64,000 bases of DNA from contig NC_058380.1 of NCBI RefSeq assembly GCF_018350175.1, positions 81,778,001 through 81,842,000 of the forward strand. The letters are read 5' to 3'. The translations under genes were made by a program, and so were the position numbers. The notes beneath the pieces were generated by a model. It did no database searches and was not told the origin of the DNA. It worked only from the letters and a program-made list of their open reading frames with translations. The stretch comes from Felis catus. Taxonomy: Eukaryota. This document shows positions 35,682 through 47,666 of the stretch, piece after piece (the stretch's first letter is position 1; the number at the start of each line of letters is the position of its first letter).

Positions 35682-36551
35682 TGTCAAAAACAAAATAACA
35701 AGCCCCAAATGGAGCTGTTTATTCTAAGCCCTGTGCCATCAAATTTGGGTTTGACTTCATTATGGTCTTGGCTCTCCCGGAAATGGAATCTTAAACCAAT
35801 CAATCAGGAGTCACCTGATCAGCACTAGGTCAGTAATCCCATAGAAAGATCCCTGCCATCCCCTAAAAGAAAGCTACTTTGCAATAATCAACCCACTTTT
35901 TTCTTTTTCTCCTGAAGTATAGCTGACATAAAATGTTATATTAGTTTCACCTTTTTGTCTAGTATAACTTCCTGATTCCCACTCCCTTCTGCCCTATGAA
36001 AGTCTTTCACTTTGTACAACTCCTCAGAGCTTCTTTCCATCTGCTAGATTGAATGCTACCCAATTTTAATTGACTTTTGCTCAAATTTAAATTTTTAATA
36101 TATCTCAGTTTATATTTTTAAGTTTTTATTTAAATTCCAGTTAGTTAAGATAGGTGCAGCCACTCTGGAAAACAGTATGGAGGTTCCTCAAAAAGTTAAA
36201 AATAGAACTACCCTACGATCCAGCAATTGCATTACCAGGTATTTACCCAAAGAATACAAAAATACTATTTCAAAGGGATACATGCACCCCGATGTTTATA
36301 GCAGCATTATCTACAATANNNNNNNNNNNNNNNNNNNNNNNNNNNNNNNNNNNNNNNNNNNNNNNNNNNNNNNNNNNNNNNNNNNNNNNNNNNNNNNNNN
36401 NNNNNNNNNNNNNNNNNNNNNNNNNNNNNNNNNNNNNNNNNNNNNNNNNNNNNNNNNNNNNNNNNNNNNNNNNNNNNNNNNNNAGTGAAATGAGTCACAG
36501 AAAGACAAATACCATATGATTTCACTTATATGTCTTAGTTTATTTTTAACA
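35682..36551 (+). mobile_element. ERV1-class solo LTR nested in the ERVL LTR, interrupted by L1 pieces
   Basis: TG...CA termini (tgtcaaaaacaaaat / tttttaaca); accaatcaatcaggagtcacctgatcagcactag. Confidence 0.6.
36113..36527. mobile_element. L1 with 5' inversion (twin-priming structure)
   Basis: Short antisense 3' tip 36113-36151, then sense ORF2 [25 protein letters not shown]; TSD atat(a/g)tct(c/t)agttta. Confidence 0.75.
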
Positions 36552-36797
36552 AGTGCTTCTGGCCAAGATCTTCAGTGTCAGTCTCCTTTACCTCTAGTAG
36601 AAGCTTCTCTGACCTTTGTTCCTCTCATTCTTTAAAGAATTCTATATGTCCCAAATGCTATATTAAACTTATTATATGAGGAACATAGAATACCATGTTT
36701 TTCTAACTGGTTGATACACATTTTAGTACCAAAGATGGCTCCAAAGAAAGAGAGACTTAAATAAGAGAATCTAGAATTAATTAAATAAGAGAATCTA

Positions 36798-38212
36798 TGG
36801 CACAAAAACAGACACATAGACCAATGGAATAGAATAGAAACCCCAGAACTAGACCCACAAACATATGGCCAACTCATCTTTGACAAAGCAGGAAAGAACA
36901 TCCAATGGAAAAAAGACAGCCTCTTTAACAAATGGTGCTGGGAGAACTGGACAGCAACATGCAGAAGGTTGAAACTAGACCACTTTCTCACACCATTCAC
37001 AAAAATAAACTCAAAATGGATAAAGGACCTAAATGTGAGACAGGAAACCATCAAAACCTTAGAGGAGAAAGCAGGAAAAGACCTCTCTGACCTCAGCCGT
37101 AGCAATCTCTTACTCGACACATCCCCAAAGGCAAGGGAATTAAAAGCAAAAGTGAATTACTGGGACCTTATGAAGATAAAAAGCTTCTGCACAGCAAAGG
37201 AAACAACCAACAAAACTAAAAGGCAACCAGCGGAATGGGAAAAGATATTCACAAATGACATATCGGACAAAGGGCTAATATCCAAAATCTATAAAGAGCT
37301 CACCAAACTCCACACCCGAAAAACAAATAACCCAGTGAAGANNNNNNNNNNNNNNNNNNNNNNNNNNNNNNNNNNNNNNNNNNNNNNNNNNNNNNNNNNN
37401 NNNNNNNNNNNNNNNNNNNNNNNNNNNNNNNNNNNNNNNNNNNNNNNNNNNNNNNNNNNNNNNNNNNNNNNNNCGCCAGTCAGAGTGGCCAAAATGAACA
37501 AATCAGGAGACTATTAGATGCTGGAGAGGATGTGGAGAAACGGGAACCCTCTTGCACTGTTGGTGGGAATGCAAATTGGTGCAGCCGCTCTGGAAAGCAG
37601 TGTGGAGGTTCCTCAGAAAATTAAAAATAGACCTACCCTATGACCCAGCAATAGCACTGCTAGGAATTTACCCAAGGGATACAGGAGTACTGATGCATAG
37701 GGCCACTTGTACCCCAATGTTCATAGCAGCACTCTCAACAATAGCCAAATTATGGAAAGACCCTAAATGTCCATCAACTGATGAATGGATAAAGAAATTG
37801 TGGTTTATATACACAATGGAGTACTACAGAGCAATGAGAAAGAACAAAATATGGCCCTTTGTAGCAAGGTGGATGGAACTGGAGAGTGTGATGCTAAGTG
37901 AAATAAGCCATACAGAGAAAGACAGATACCATATGGTTTCACTCTTATGTGGACCCTGAGAAACTTAACAGGAACCCATGGGGGAGGGGAAGGAAAAAAA
38001 AAAAAACAGGTTAGAGTGGGAGAGAGCCAAAGCATAAGAGACTCTTAAAAACTGAGAACAAACTGAGGGTTGATGGGGGGTGGGAGGGAGGAGAGGGTGG
38101 GTGATGGGTATTGAGGAGGGCACCTTTTGGGATGAGCACTGGGTGTTGTATGGAAACCAATTTGTCAATAAATTTCATATAAAATAAAAAAAAAAGGCAA
38201 GATTAAAAAAAA
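36798..38212 (+). mobile_element. Young feline L1, 5'-truncated (about 1.4 kb)
   Basis: Near-intact ORF2 C-terminus ([13 protein letters not shown]), L1_Fc-type 3' UTR, perfect 19-bp TSD aaataagagaatctagaat at 36759-36777 and 38213-38231. Confidence 0.95.
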
Positions 38213-38570
38213 AAATAAGAGAATCTAGAATCCAATCTGCTTAGATTTGAAAGTAGTAATGACCTTGCCAGTGGAAAATGGGACACTGTCAACCCATGGA
38301 ATCCACTACAAACAATGTTATGATCAGTTGGGAGACCAAGAAGCCTTAGCAATAGAATGCTAGAATGGAAAGAAAGAGTATAAAAAGAGTGGGGTGTACT
38401 GGCTGCTTCAGATTAGAGCAGAGAACTTTGAGAAAGAACATGGCAAGCTCAACAATTTACACTTCAAACTCAAGACATGAGTAAAAAGCTAAAAGCTTTT
38501 ATGATTCCATGAAAAAAAAATCCCTTCTTACTTCTGTCACAGGACCCAGATTAATAAAAAGCAAACCTAT

Positions 38571-38666
38571 GGGGTGCCTGGGTGGCTCAGTCAGTTAAGC
38601 ATCTAACTCTTGGTTTCGGCTCAGGTTTGTGAGTTTGAGCAGCATGGAGCCTGCTTGGGATTCATT

Positions 38667-38727
<61 letters not shown>

Positions 38728-38814
38728 CCTCCCTGTCTCTCCCCTGCTCACACTCTCTCTCTCTAAAAATAGATAAAATAAACTTTTTTTAAAAGTTAAA
38801 AAAAATAAAATAAA
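38571..38814 (+). mobile_element. Can-SINE, internally deleted, long (CT)n
   Basis: TSD ataaaaagcaaacc at 38554-38567 and 38815-38828. Confidence 0.88.
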
Positions 38815-39409
38815 ATAAAAAGCAAACCCAGAATCTCACCCTGTAAGTGACCGAATTACAGCACAAATCAGATTTATGGCCTTGTCATTTATGTTAAAGT
38901 CAGGGCATTTACTGGGAAAGAATGGTTTCCTGAAAATCTGAATGGGAAAATTTTGATAGACAGTGATGAATCTGAGTACTTGGAACACCCAAATGTCTGA
39001 GCCCCCTTTGCCACTTCTCACGGAGAAGTTATCTGCCCTTTGCTCTTACCAGCTAGAATAATTCCTCCTATGGCAGTCATCTTGCAGGGGAATGTAGATT
39101 CTTCTCAAGACCAACTTGTATCACCTCTCTGAGTCTACAGACTCATAATCAAACTCAAATCATGGCAGACCCAGCAGGAGAATGACCAAGTTTGCCCTGA
39201 TGCACCCAAAGGGGCAGTGGTATATGTATTCAACTTACTCTCAATAGGGCAGCAAAAAATAAAATGGAAATTTATAGAAAGGAATGAAACAAATGTGGCC
39301 AAAGGTCAATAACCAGTGTATCTGCATGAAGGATATATGTTTGCCACAATATTCTTTCCTTTTTTATGTGACTTTGAAATTTTTCCACATAAAACTTTGG
39401 AAGCAAAAA

Positions 39410-39700
39410 CATAAATCAGATCATATCCCCCCTCTGCTCAAAACCTCACAATGACCCAGTGGCCTCGCATCTCACTCATAGAAAGAGCCAAGTCCTTGTA
39501 AGAGCCTACCAGACTCTACATAATTTGTCCCCCCACACCCCTCTGCCTTCTCACCCTGCTGGTCCTGTCTTTACCTCCGCCCCTCCAGAAACACTGATCT
39601 CTGGTGTTCCTTAAAAAAACATGGATTGCTTCCACCTCAGGCCCTTTGAGTTCACCATTTCCACTGTCTGAAATGCTTTTTCCTCAGATACTCACACATA
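39410..39700. mobile_element. L2 fragment
   Basis: aaatcagatcatatccccctctgctcaaaacct...ccacctcaggccctttg...tgtctgaaatgctttt. Confidence 0.7.
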
Positions 39701-39729
39701 TCAACACTTCTGCTCTCTCTAAATTCAGA

Positions 39730-40110
39730 CCTTGCTTAAATAACACTCAAAATCCTTGGCATTTTCCTTCTGTGAACACAGCTATCCCACACTTCCCAGC
39801 CTTTCTTAGAGTTAAATGTGACCATGGAACTGAGTTCCAGCCAAAAGCATGTGGGTAGGAAAAATGCACATCACTTTTCAGCCTGGCCCATTCAAGTCTC
39901 CTACCCGCTACACTCCCTCTTAACCCAACCATGGGCTGAATAGAAAGGGCTTTGAGAAACTAGGGTAGGGTACAGCCACAGGAGGAAGAATTCCAGGACC
40001 CTGAAGGAAATCACACATGGAAATCACATTCATGTTGGACTTTGGGTCAGCAAAAAATAAACTTTTATTGTGTAAGCCAACAATAAATAGGTATAATAAT
40101 AGTATTATTG
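39730..40110 (+). mobile_element. MLT1-type LTR
   Basis: acacttcccagcctttcttagagttaaatgtgaccatggaactgagttccagcc...aaataaacttttattgtgtaagcca. Confidence 0.7.
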
Positions 40111-40309
40111 GGCTATTGTAGATAGCGAGCTGTTGTAAAGATTTGCAATGATAAATACACAGTCATCAGCACAGAACTTTAGAATTCACTCAATATGTGT
40201 TATTAATGGTAGTGAAAGGGGTTCTTGAAACTGAGAAAATAACATGTGCTTGATAATTAGACATGCCTTGACTGGTAATATCACAACTGTTAGAATTGTG
40301 CAAAGCTGA

Positions 40310-40622
40310 CCCAAGGGTATAAAGTTTCAGTTATTCCAGATTAATACATTCTTGAGATAGAATTTAGATCCTAGTGACTACAGTTAACAGTACTGTATTG
40401 TACACATGAAATGTGCTAAGAGGGCAGATCCTAAATTTTCTCACCACACACTCAAAAAAATGGTAACTACGTGAGGTGACGGATGTGGTGATGGACGTGA
40501 TAACTATGTAGCTTGATTGTGGTGATCATTTCACAGTGTATATGTATATCAAAACATCAAGCATATACCTTAAATATATACAAATTTAATTTGTCAATTA
40601 TACTTCAATAAAGCTGAGAAAT
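40310..40622 (+). mobile_element. L1MA-type 3' end
   Basis: gggtataaagtttcagtt...ttgtcaattatacttcaataaagctg. Confidence 0.8.
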
Positions 40623-41661
40623 AAGAATTGTTTGAAGTCATTTTTCTGAGTCGAAGTAAATTAGAATACCTGACAGAGGATTGAAAACTTTAGCTTATAA
40701 ATGTCAAAGTATGTGTTAGACCCTAGATGTGTCTACTATTCTGCTCAGCAAATGAGTTGTAAACCAGATGAGTGAGAGAGAGAGGTCAAAGGAAGCCTGG
40801 AGCAGCCAGTCCTGAAAATCCAGGAGAAGGAGAATGTTTACAATGTGGAGGAACCCAGTCCCCACCATCACAGGGTACAAGGAAAAGAATAAGACTAGAA
40901 CAACCCCAGGGACCTGAACAAGTCCCAGTGCTGCTTAAAGATGGATAGGGTGGTCTGGGCAGAAGTGAGCTTTCCACCACAGGAGGTGTACCAACAAATG
41001 ATGGATGATATGGGAGAAGATTAATTGTTGTTGAAAGAGTGACCAGTGATATTTAAGATCCCATCCAATATGAATGCTTTACTACTGTAGCCTAGAACAA
41101 GGGCTGATTATGCTGAGATTCACTAACAGAAAAAAAGAACCATAATACGTAGCCTGTTCATAGTCTCCCTGTTACTAGACCTTCCTAAGAATACCTCTTG
41201 CCTGAATTGTCACCCATTACCTGTCACTTCTAAATACTTTATCTGCCCTGATGGCCTCCCCTTAGCACACCCCATATGTCCACTCAAGCATGGACTCTGC
41301 TCAAGTGTGTATCTCCTCTGTCTAGATCCATCTTTCTACTAATCTCTGAGTTTCTCACAAAGTGCTCTGTATAATTTAGACTCATATTTGGCTGAAAGTG
41401 ACCCTACCCTCAATGAGCCATTCCTCCAATGGAGCAAGAGCTTGCTCAGGATTATCAGAATAGGGGGAAAAGCAGATAAATTTGTAGAACATCTGAAGAT
41501 GACCTAGCACCATGGAGGAGAAAATAAGAGGGAGCCATCAAAGACATTCCTAGGTGTAGTCTCCACATAACAAAGTAGAATAAGTGTGAAATATAGAATT
41601 GAGACAACCCTGAATTTGAAGTTAGCTGCAGCACTTTCTAGTTATGTGAATTTGGGCAAGT

Positions 41662-41880
41662 GTTTGTTTTATTTTTTGAATATTTATTTATCTTTGAGAG
41701 ACAGAGACACATATCGTGAGTGGGGAAGGGATGGAGAAAGCCAGAGACACAGAATCCGAAGCAGGATTCAGGCTCTGAGCTGTCAGCACAGAGCCTGACA
41801 CGGGGCTTGAACCACGAGCTGTGAGCTCATGACCTGAGCTGAAGTTGGAAGTTCCACCAACTGAGCCACACAGATGCCCC
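41662..41880 (-). mobile_element. Can-SINE (tandem pair member 1) inside a MIR
   Basis: Typical structure flanked by ggcaagt. Confidence 0.88.
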
Positions 41881-41891
41881 TAGGCAAGTTT

Positions 41892-42115
41892 TTTTTTAAT
41901 AGTTTCTTTTTTTGATGTTTTTATTTATTTTTGAGACAGAGAAAGAGCATGAGCAAGGGAGGGGCAGAGAGAGAGGGAGACACAGAATCTGAAGCAGGAT
42001 CCAGGCTCTGAGCTGTCAGAACAGAGCCCGACATGGGGCTCAAACTCACGGACTGTGAGATCATGACCTGAGCCGAGGTCGGACGCTCAACCGACTGAGC
42101 CACCCAGGCGTCCCC
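41892..42115 (-). mobile_element. Can-SINE (tandem pair member 2, younger)
   Basis: TSD taggcaagttt at 41881 and 42117. Confidence 0.9.
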
Positions 42116-42484
42116 TTAGGCAAGTTTTTTAATAAGACTGAGCCTCATTTCCCTCATCTGCAAAAACAAGAACACTGCACTTGAAGAGTGATATATAAAA
42201 ATGTCACATAAGCATTTGATAAATGGTTATTATTATATGAACATATTCTTAAGTTTATTTCATTCTCCAGGCAACCTGCCCTGCCATACAGGTACTAAAA
42301 TTTAGATGACAACCCTAAAATTTGGAGAGGCTAATCAAATCACAACTACTCATTGTGAGTGAAGAGAATCTTTACCCTTAGGATCCTTTCCATGGCACCA
42401 CACATCACTCCCCAACATCCCAGGGACAGCCTCAGGTCCAAGCCTTCTCTATTCACCTACCTCCATCTCCTTCAAAATCACAAT

Positions 42485-43008
42485 GGTAACAAACTAATTA
42501 TCCGAGATTCAAAGAAACTTGCCACCCTGGAATGCAGAGATTCCTCAGTCTCTACTGTTCTCCCCAAGGCTCCCCTCTTAATGAGCTCTCCAGGGGCGGT
42601 TGATGGAAATACCGTCTGCCTCCTTGGGATGATTCATGTGAAAGGCAATCACCTCCTTCTAGGTCTTCACCCTTCCTCATCATTTGAGTAAATCTTCAGA
42701 GACCAGTGATGGTAGCTGGGCATGAGAGAAAGCCTTGGGTTCCAGATGGCTGAGGCTACATTGAAAGATTACTTCTCTAAAGGAAGAGAAGTGTCTGAGA
42801 TGACAATCACACACACAACAGTCAGAGTGTAGTGAGTCCTGTCTGCTCCCACACCAAGTCTGGATCTTTTCTTCCTCACTTGATACAAGAGTTCTATCCC
42901 CCCAGCCCCCATGTTCTCCCTAATCACCAAGGCCAGTGAGGCTGAGGAGAAGACGCCTGGATTCTCGAATGACCACCCTGGAGGTCACAATCCCTTTTCT
43001 GAGTAAGT
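42485..43008 (+). promoter_or_regulatory. Candidate promoter and 5' non-coding exon(s) of OR gene 4
   Basis: TAATTA 42495, TAATGA 42579 next to TCTCCAGGGG, CTCCTTGGGA 42620, donor GTAAGT 43003-43008; homologous to 25280-25863. Confidence 0.6.
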
Positions 43009-44479
43009 AGCTGTTATCATCTACCCATTGTTACACCCAAGTCCTACAAACCCTGGAGCATTAGAAACTAAGAAATCATGTTGTAAATCATCCCCTTTTC
43101 CAAGGACAAAATCTGAGGCTCAGATTCAGCATAGCTGAAACCACAAACCAAGTCATATATCCATGCTTCTAATGCCATGGTCTCCACATCCCTCTGTTTC
43201 TCCTTCTCCATTTATATAATACAGGAAGGATTTGTTATTCTAGTGGGTCAGACCCCAAGGAAAGAAGTTCTGCACTAGGAATGAAACAGATGTAGCTGCC
43301 CTGATCCTGACGGGGAGACCTAGCCTGGCTCCTGGTTGTCCCAAAAGCCAGGCCTGCTGAGGAAGCCTCCAGATACTATGGCCTCACCCTGACCTCTGAA
43401 CATCTTCAGAACAGCCTAAGTCATGAGCTGACACATGTTAGTGGTAAGAGGAGACTGTGGTACTGGGTAAAAAATTGGGCCTCAAGTTTTCCCTATATAA
43501 AAAGAGTACCTTGATTTCATCCTCATGTTCATAATATTTCTTATGGAGTAATTCATTCTGTAAAACACATTGATAGCAGAATTTCTCTAATTAAAGAGAA
43601 AGAGACCCAAAGTACCTCTCATTCAGCCTTCCCCTCAGCTTCCTGATCCCTCTCGGGGTGGCCCCTGAGTCCCCAGGGGAGCAGTTTGGAAACTTATGAA
43701 ATGGATAAATTTTAAGATCACTTCCATCTCCAACAACTTAGAATTGTACAAATGTCTCACAGGAATTTACATTCTAAAAGGAAATACTTGACCATTACAC
43801 AGGGAGCTTTAGCCATGCCAGCCAGAAGCTTCGAAAGGTGACTGTAGATGGTGGGATGACTTAATACCAAGTCTTGCTGGGTAAGGATTGGAAGGAACTG
43901 GGGGAATTTCACCCAGAGAACAAACCTGGGGACATGGGCATTGTTTTCAAACATCAGAATGGCTATCATGGTATCTGATTCTTCTGTATTCCCAATGCTT
44001 GGGTTGTTTCCTGGCACTTGGTGAAACTTTGTCAAGTGAATCATAAATCAATCCATCAGCCCATGAAAGGAAGGCATACCTAACATCACTAGCAAAGAGA
44101 AAGCCAGCTAACAGGATGCTGGTACTGGGGGGCTTAGTAGAATGCTGGGCTTTTGCATTTCAATCCAAGATAAACGGGCTTCTCCAATTTTGACTGCAAA
44201 GGGACAGGGGCACATTTTAGGAGACAGTGGGCTCCATTTACTGGCAATATTTTAGTGGGATGACCTGGCATCTGTGTTCCTGATGGGTTCATGCTCTGAC
44301 AAATAGAAAGGAAGATAAATCTCTGAGTTTTATTTAAGACTTGATATTCTTTTTCTTATTCATAGGCTTCAGATGCAAAGGGTTGAATTAATCACATACC
44401 CCAGTTCATAGCATATTGCCAACTCTGGACCCTTTTTTCTCTTACTTGTTTGCTTCCTCACCCACTCCCCACTACTGTT

Positions 44480-47200
44480 CCTCCCCCATTCTAATATGCT
44501 TAACATTCAACTTTGTGTATGGATTTCCTTGTTGTTTTATTGCATTTTTAAGTTATTTTTAAGGTGTACAATGTGACTTATTGATATGCATACGTTATGA
44601 AATATTACCATTTGTGTTGCATTTTTAATTTATATAAAACATCTTGTGTCATAGATCTCATTCATTCCCTTACTTTCTCACTCAGATTATGTTTTTAAAA
44701 TCTATCAAAGTTGCTGTAATTCTAATCAGTTGTTTCTAGACAGCTGCACTGTACCCATGGCGGGCGCCTATCACATTTACCAGCCCAGTGAGGGACACCG
44801 AGGTTGCCACAAATTCCCCATCACTGCAACTGACACTGTGGAAACATCCTCATCCAGAAGCTTCTATTTGCCTGTGTACCAATGTCTCTGGGCTTCCGTC
44901 TAGCAGCAGGGTTGTAAGCTCATGGGATATTCATTAACTTGACTAAATCATGCCAGTTTGTTCTGTAGAGTCTTGCACCAGTTTTATTTTCCAACCAGCA
45001 GTGTCCAAAGGATCCCTATATTGCCACATCTCCTTGCAAGAGTTGACCTTATTCTCCTTTCTAATGTCTGCCAAGCTAACAAATGTCAAGTGAAATCTCA
45101 TGGTTTATTTTGTCATTTCTCTGATAAGCAATGGATTTGAGCATTTCTTCATAGGCTTATTAGCCTTTTGGCTTTCTTGCTCATTTTTGTACTGGGATTC
45201 ATATATTTCTCTTTCTGATGTGAAAGTGATCATTGCATATTCTACATACTAGTATCTCACCTGTTATACTTGCAAATATCATCTCCTAGCCTTTCATATG
45301 TCTGTTAGCTTCATTCATACTTATGTAAACAATTTACTTTTGCCCTTTTTTTAAGAGTAAGTGTCTTATTTAAGAAGTTCTTTCCCCTCTAGCTCAGAGA
45401 TATTCTCCTAGTCTTTTCCTATTAACTTTATAGATTTACATGTTACCACAGATAAGCTCATAATATACCTGATTCCACCTTTATATATGATATTAGATAA
45501 CAATTCTTTCTGATATCTTTCAATATAAAGAGTCGATTTTCCCACTATTTCCAAACATTCCATCCTTTCCCCCATTGGTTTTTAGTACCATCATTTTCCT
45601 GTATTAAGTTCTTGTATAAATATAGGTCTCTGAGCTACTTAGTTTTTTCCATTGGTCTTTTATCTGTTCTTACACCCAAACCATGCTGTCTTTATTATTA
45701 TGAACTTTTATTATTCTTAATCTCTATTAAGACAAATGCCATCTTTTTACTTTTTATTTTCAAGTTTGACTTAGCTATTTCCTGATCTTTATTATTATTT
45801 GTAAATTTGAGAATAAAGTTATCAATGACTTCAAAAAATCCAACAGATATTTTAAGATTGAATTAAACTTATAGATTAATGTGGGAAATAACATCTTTGT
45901 AATATCATTTATTCCATCCAAGAAGATGGATTTCTCTCCATTCATTTTAATTATCCATATGCCCCTTATTAGACTTAGCTTCTACATAGCCGTTTTGTGT
46001 ATTCTTAGATAAATTAATTCCTAGAGATTTAGAGTCTGTACTGTGACAGTGGATAGCATCTCATTTATTACTACATATTCTGGTTATTTCTAGTCCATTA
46101 TCTTGGTTATTTCTTTCTATTCTAGAGAGATGCTATTGATTTTTTAGGTTGATCATGTTTCCAGCACCCCTGCTGAACTTACTTATTGGTTCTAATGTTT
46201 TATTAGTGGATTCTATTCTTTTTTCCAAGGAGATGAGCCTATCTTCTTTAAATAATGAAAGGTTTATTTTTTTTCCTTCTTTTCCTTTCACATTTTTCTT
46301 TTCTTACAGCATTAGGCAGGATTTCTAATACCATGTTAAATATTTGTGGAGATAATGGATATCCTAATCTTGTTTCTCATTTTAAAATAATGCATCTAAG
46401 GTTTATCTATTTAGTGTGAGATATGCTGTAGGACTTGGGTATAGATAGCTTCCACCAAATTAAGAATATCCCCTCCTGTTCCTAGTTTTCTAACAGAGAT
46501 CATTGTAGACAGATGTTGAACCTTGCAAATGATTGTTCTGTTTCAATGAAAATTACCATGTAATATTATTCTCCTTTATTTTATTAATGTGGAGAAGTAT
46601 ATTGATGGAGTTTTCTGAAATCTGCATTACTGGGACAAATTCCACTTGTTCATGATATAATATTTTCAGTGCTATGTTGGGTTCATTTAACTATTGCTTT
46701 ATTTAAGATTCTGCATCTATGTACATAAACAAAATGGGCCTATAATTTTATTTTATTTTCTTCTCTTGTTTTTCTTCTGGTTTTGGACTCAGTATCATAC
46801 TGAACTTGTAAAATGGGCTGGAACGTTCCCTTTCTACCCTCTGTGTATTATTTTCTGGAACAACTTGCATAAAATCGAATTAGCTATTTCAAAAATTTGG
46901 TAGAATTTACCTTAAAGTCATTGGAGCCTGAGATTTTTTGAGAGGGAAGGTTCTTGGCTACCACTTATAATTTTTTATAATTTATTAGTCTATTCAAATA
47001 ATTCCTATAGATTTTGTATGTTTCTGGGAATTTATCCATTTCATTTAAACTTTTCATAAAATTTTCAATTTCTTAAGACTTATGATTTTATCTCTCATGC
47101 CTGAAATAACTTCTCCTTTCTTGACTATTTTTTCATGCATTCTTTTTTTCCATGATTAATCTTGCCAAGGGGTCTATATCGTTGATATTTCATAGGATCT
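44480..47200 (-). mobile_element. Ancient L1M (L1ME-like), heavily degraded
   Basis: T-rich antisense L1-like sequence (ttttccattggtc, tggtagaatttacc, ggaatttatccatttc). Confidence 0.7.
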
Positions 47201-47202
47201 GT

Positions 47203-47666
47203 GTATTAGTTTCCTAGGGTTGCTGTAACAAATTACCACAAACTTGGTGGCTTAAAACAACAGAAATGTATTCTTTCACAGTTATGGAAGCCAGAAATCC
47301 ATAACCTTAAAATAAAGAGATCCTCCTGAATTACCCAAATAAGCCCAGTGTAATCATGGGGTCCTTCAATGTGGAAGAGTGGGGCAGAAGAGAACCAGAG
47401 AGGTGGCAACACAAGGACTCACCCATCATTGCTGGCATTGAAGGCAGAGTGAGGGAGTCACTCATCAGGTGATGTGGGCAGTTTCTAGAAGCTGGAAAAG
47501 GCAAGGAACTAGATTCTTCTGTGGAGCCTCCAGGATGGAATACAGCCTTGTTGACATCTTGACTTTTCAGACTTCTGTCCTACAGAACTGTAAAATAAAA
47601 TTTTGTGTTGTTTTAAGCTACTACGTTAATGGTAATTGGTTATAGCAGGCATTGAAAATTAACACA
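47203..47666. mobile_element. Two MLT1C/D-like LTR pieces in opposite orientation
   Basis: tgtattagtttcctagggttgctgtaacaaattaccac (minus end) and ctagaagctggaaaaggcaagg...aaaattaacaca (plus end). Confidence 0.8.

Larger units (their letters stand above)
35358..39200 (+). mobile_element. ERVL-class LTR (to about 36717) plus internal gag-side remnant, with multiple nested insertions
   Basis: LTR16/33-like actacatttcccagaattcc; LTR end gataca followed by PBS-like ttttagtaccaaagatgg; ERVL-internal-like sequence 38232-39200. Confidence 0.55.

Noticed and set aside
36798-37959. 182-aa and 135-aa ORFs that look like a protein gene
   Set aside because: C-terminus of L1 ORF2 in a 5'-truncated copy with a frameshift near 37515; not a host gene and not autonomous.
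38066-38120. G-rich tract with G-quadruplex potential
   Set aside because: Standard feature of L1 3' UTRs, repeated in other copies here.
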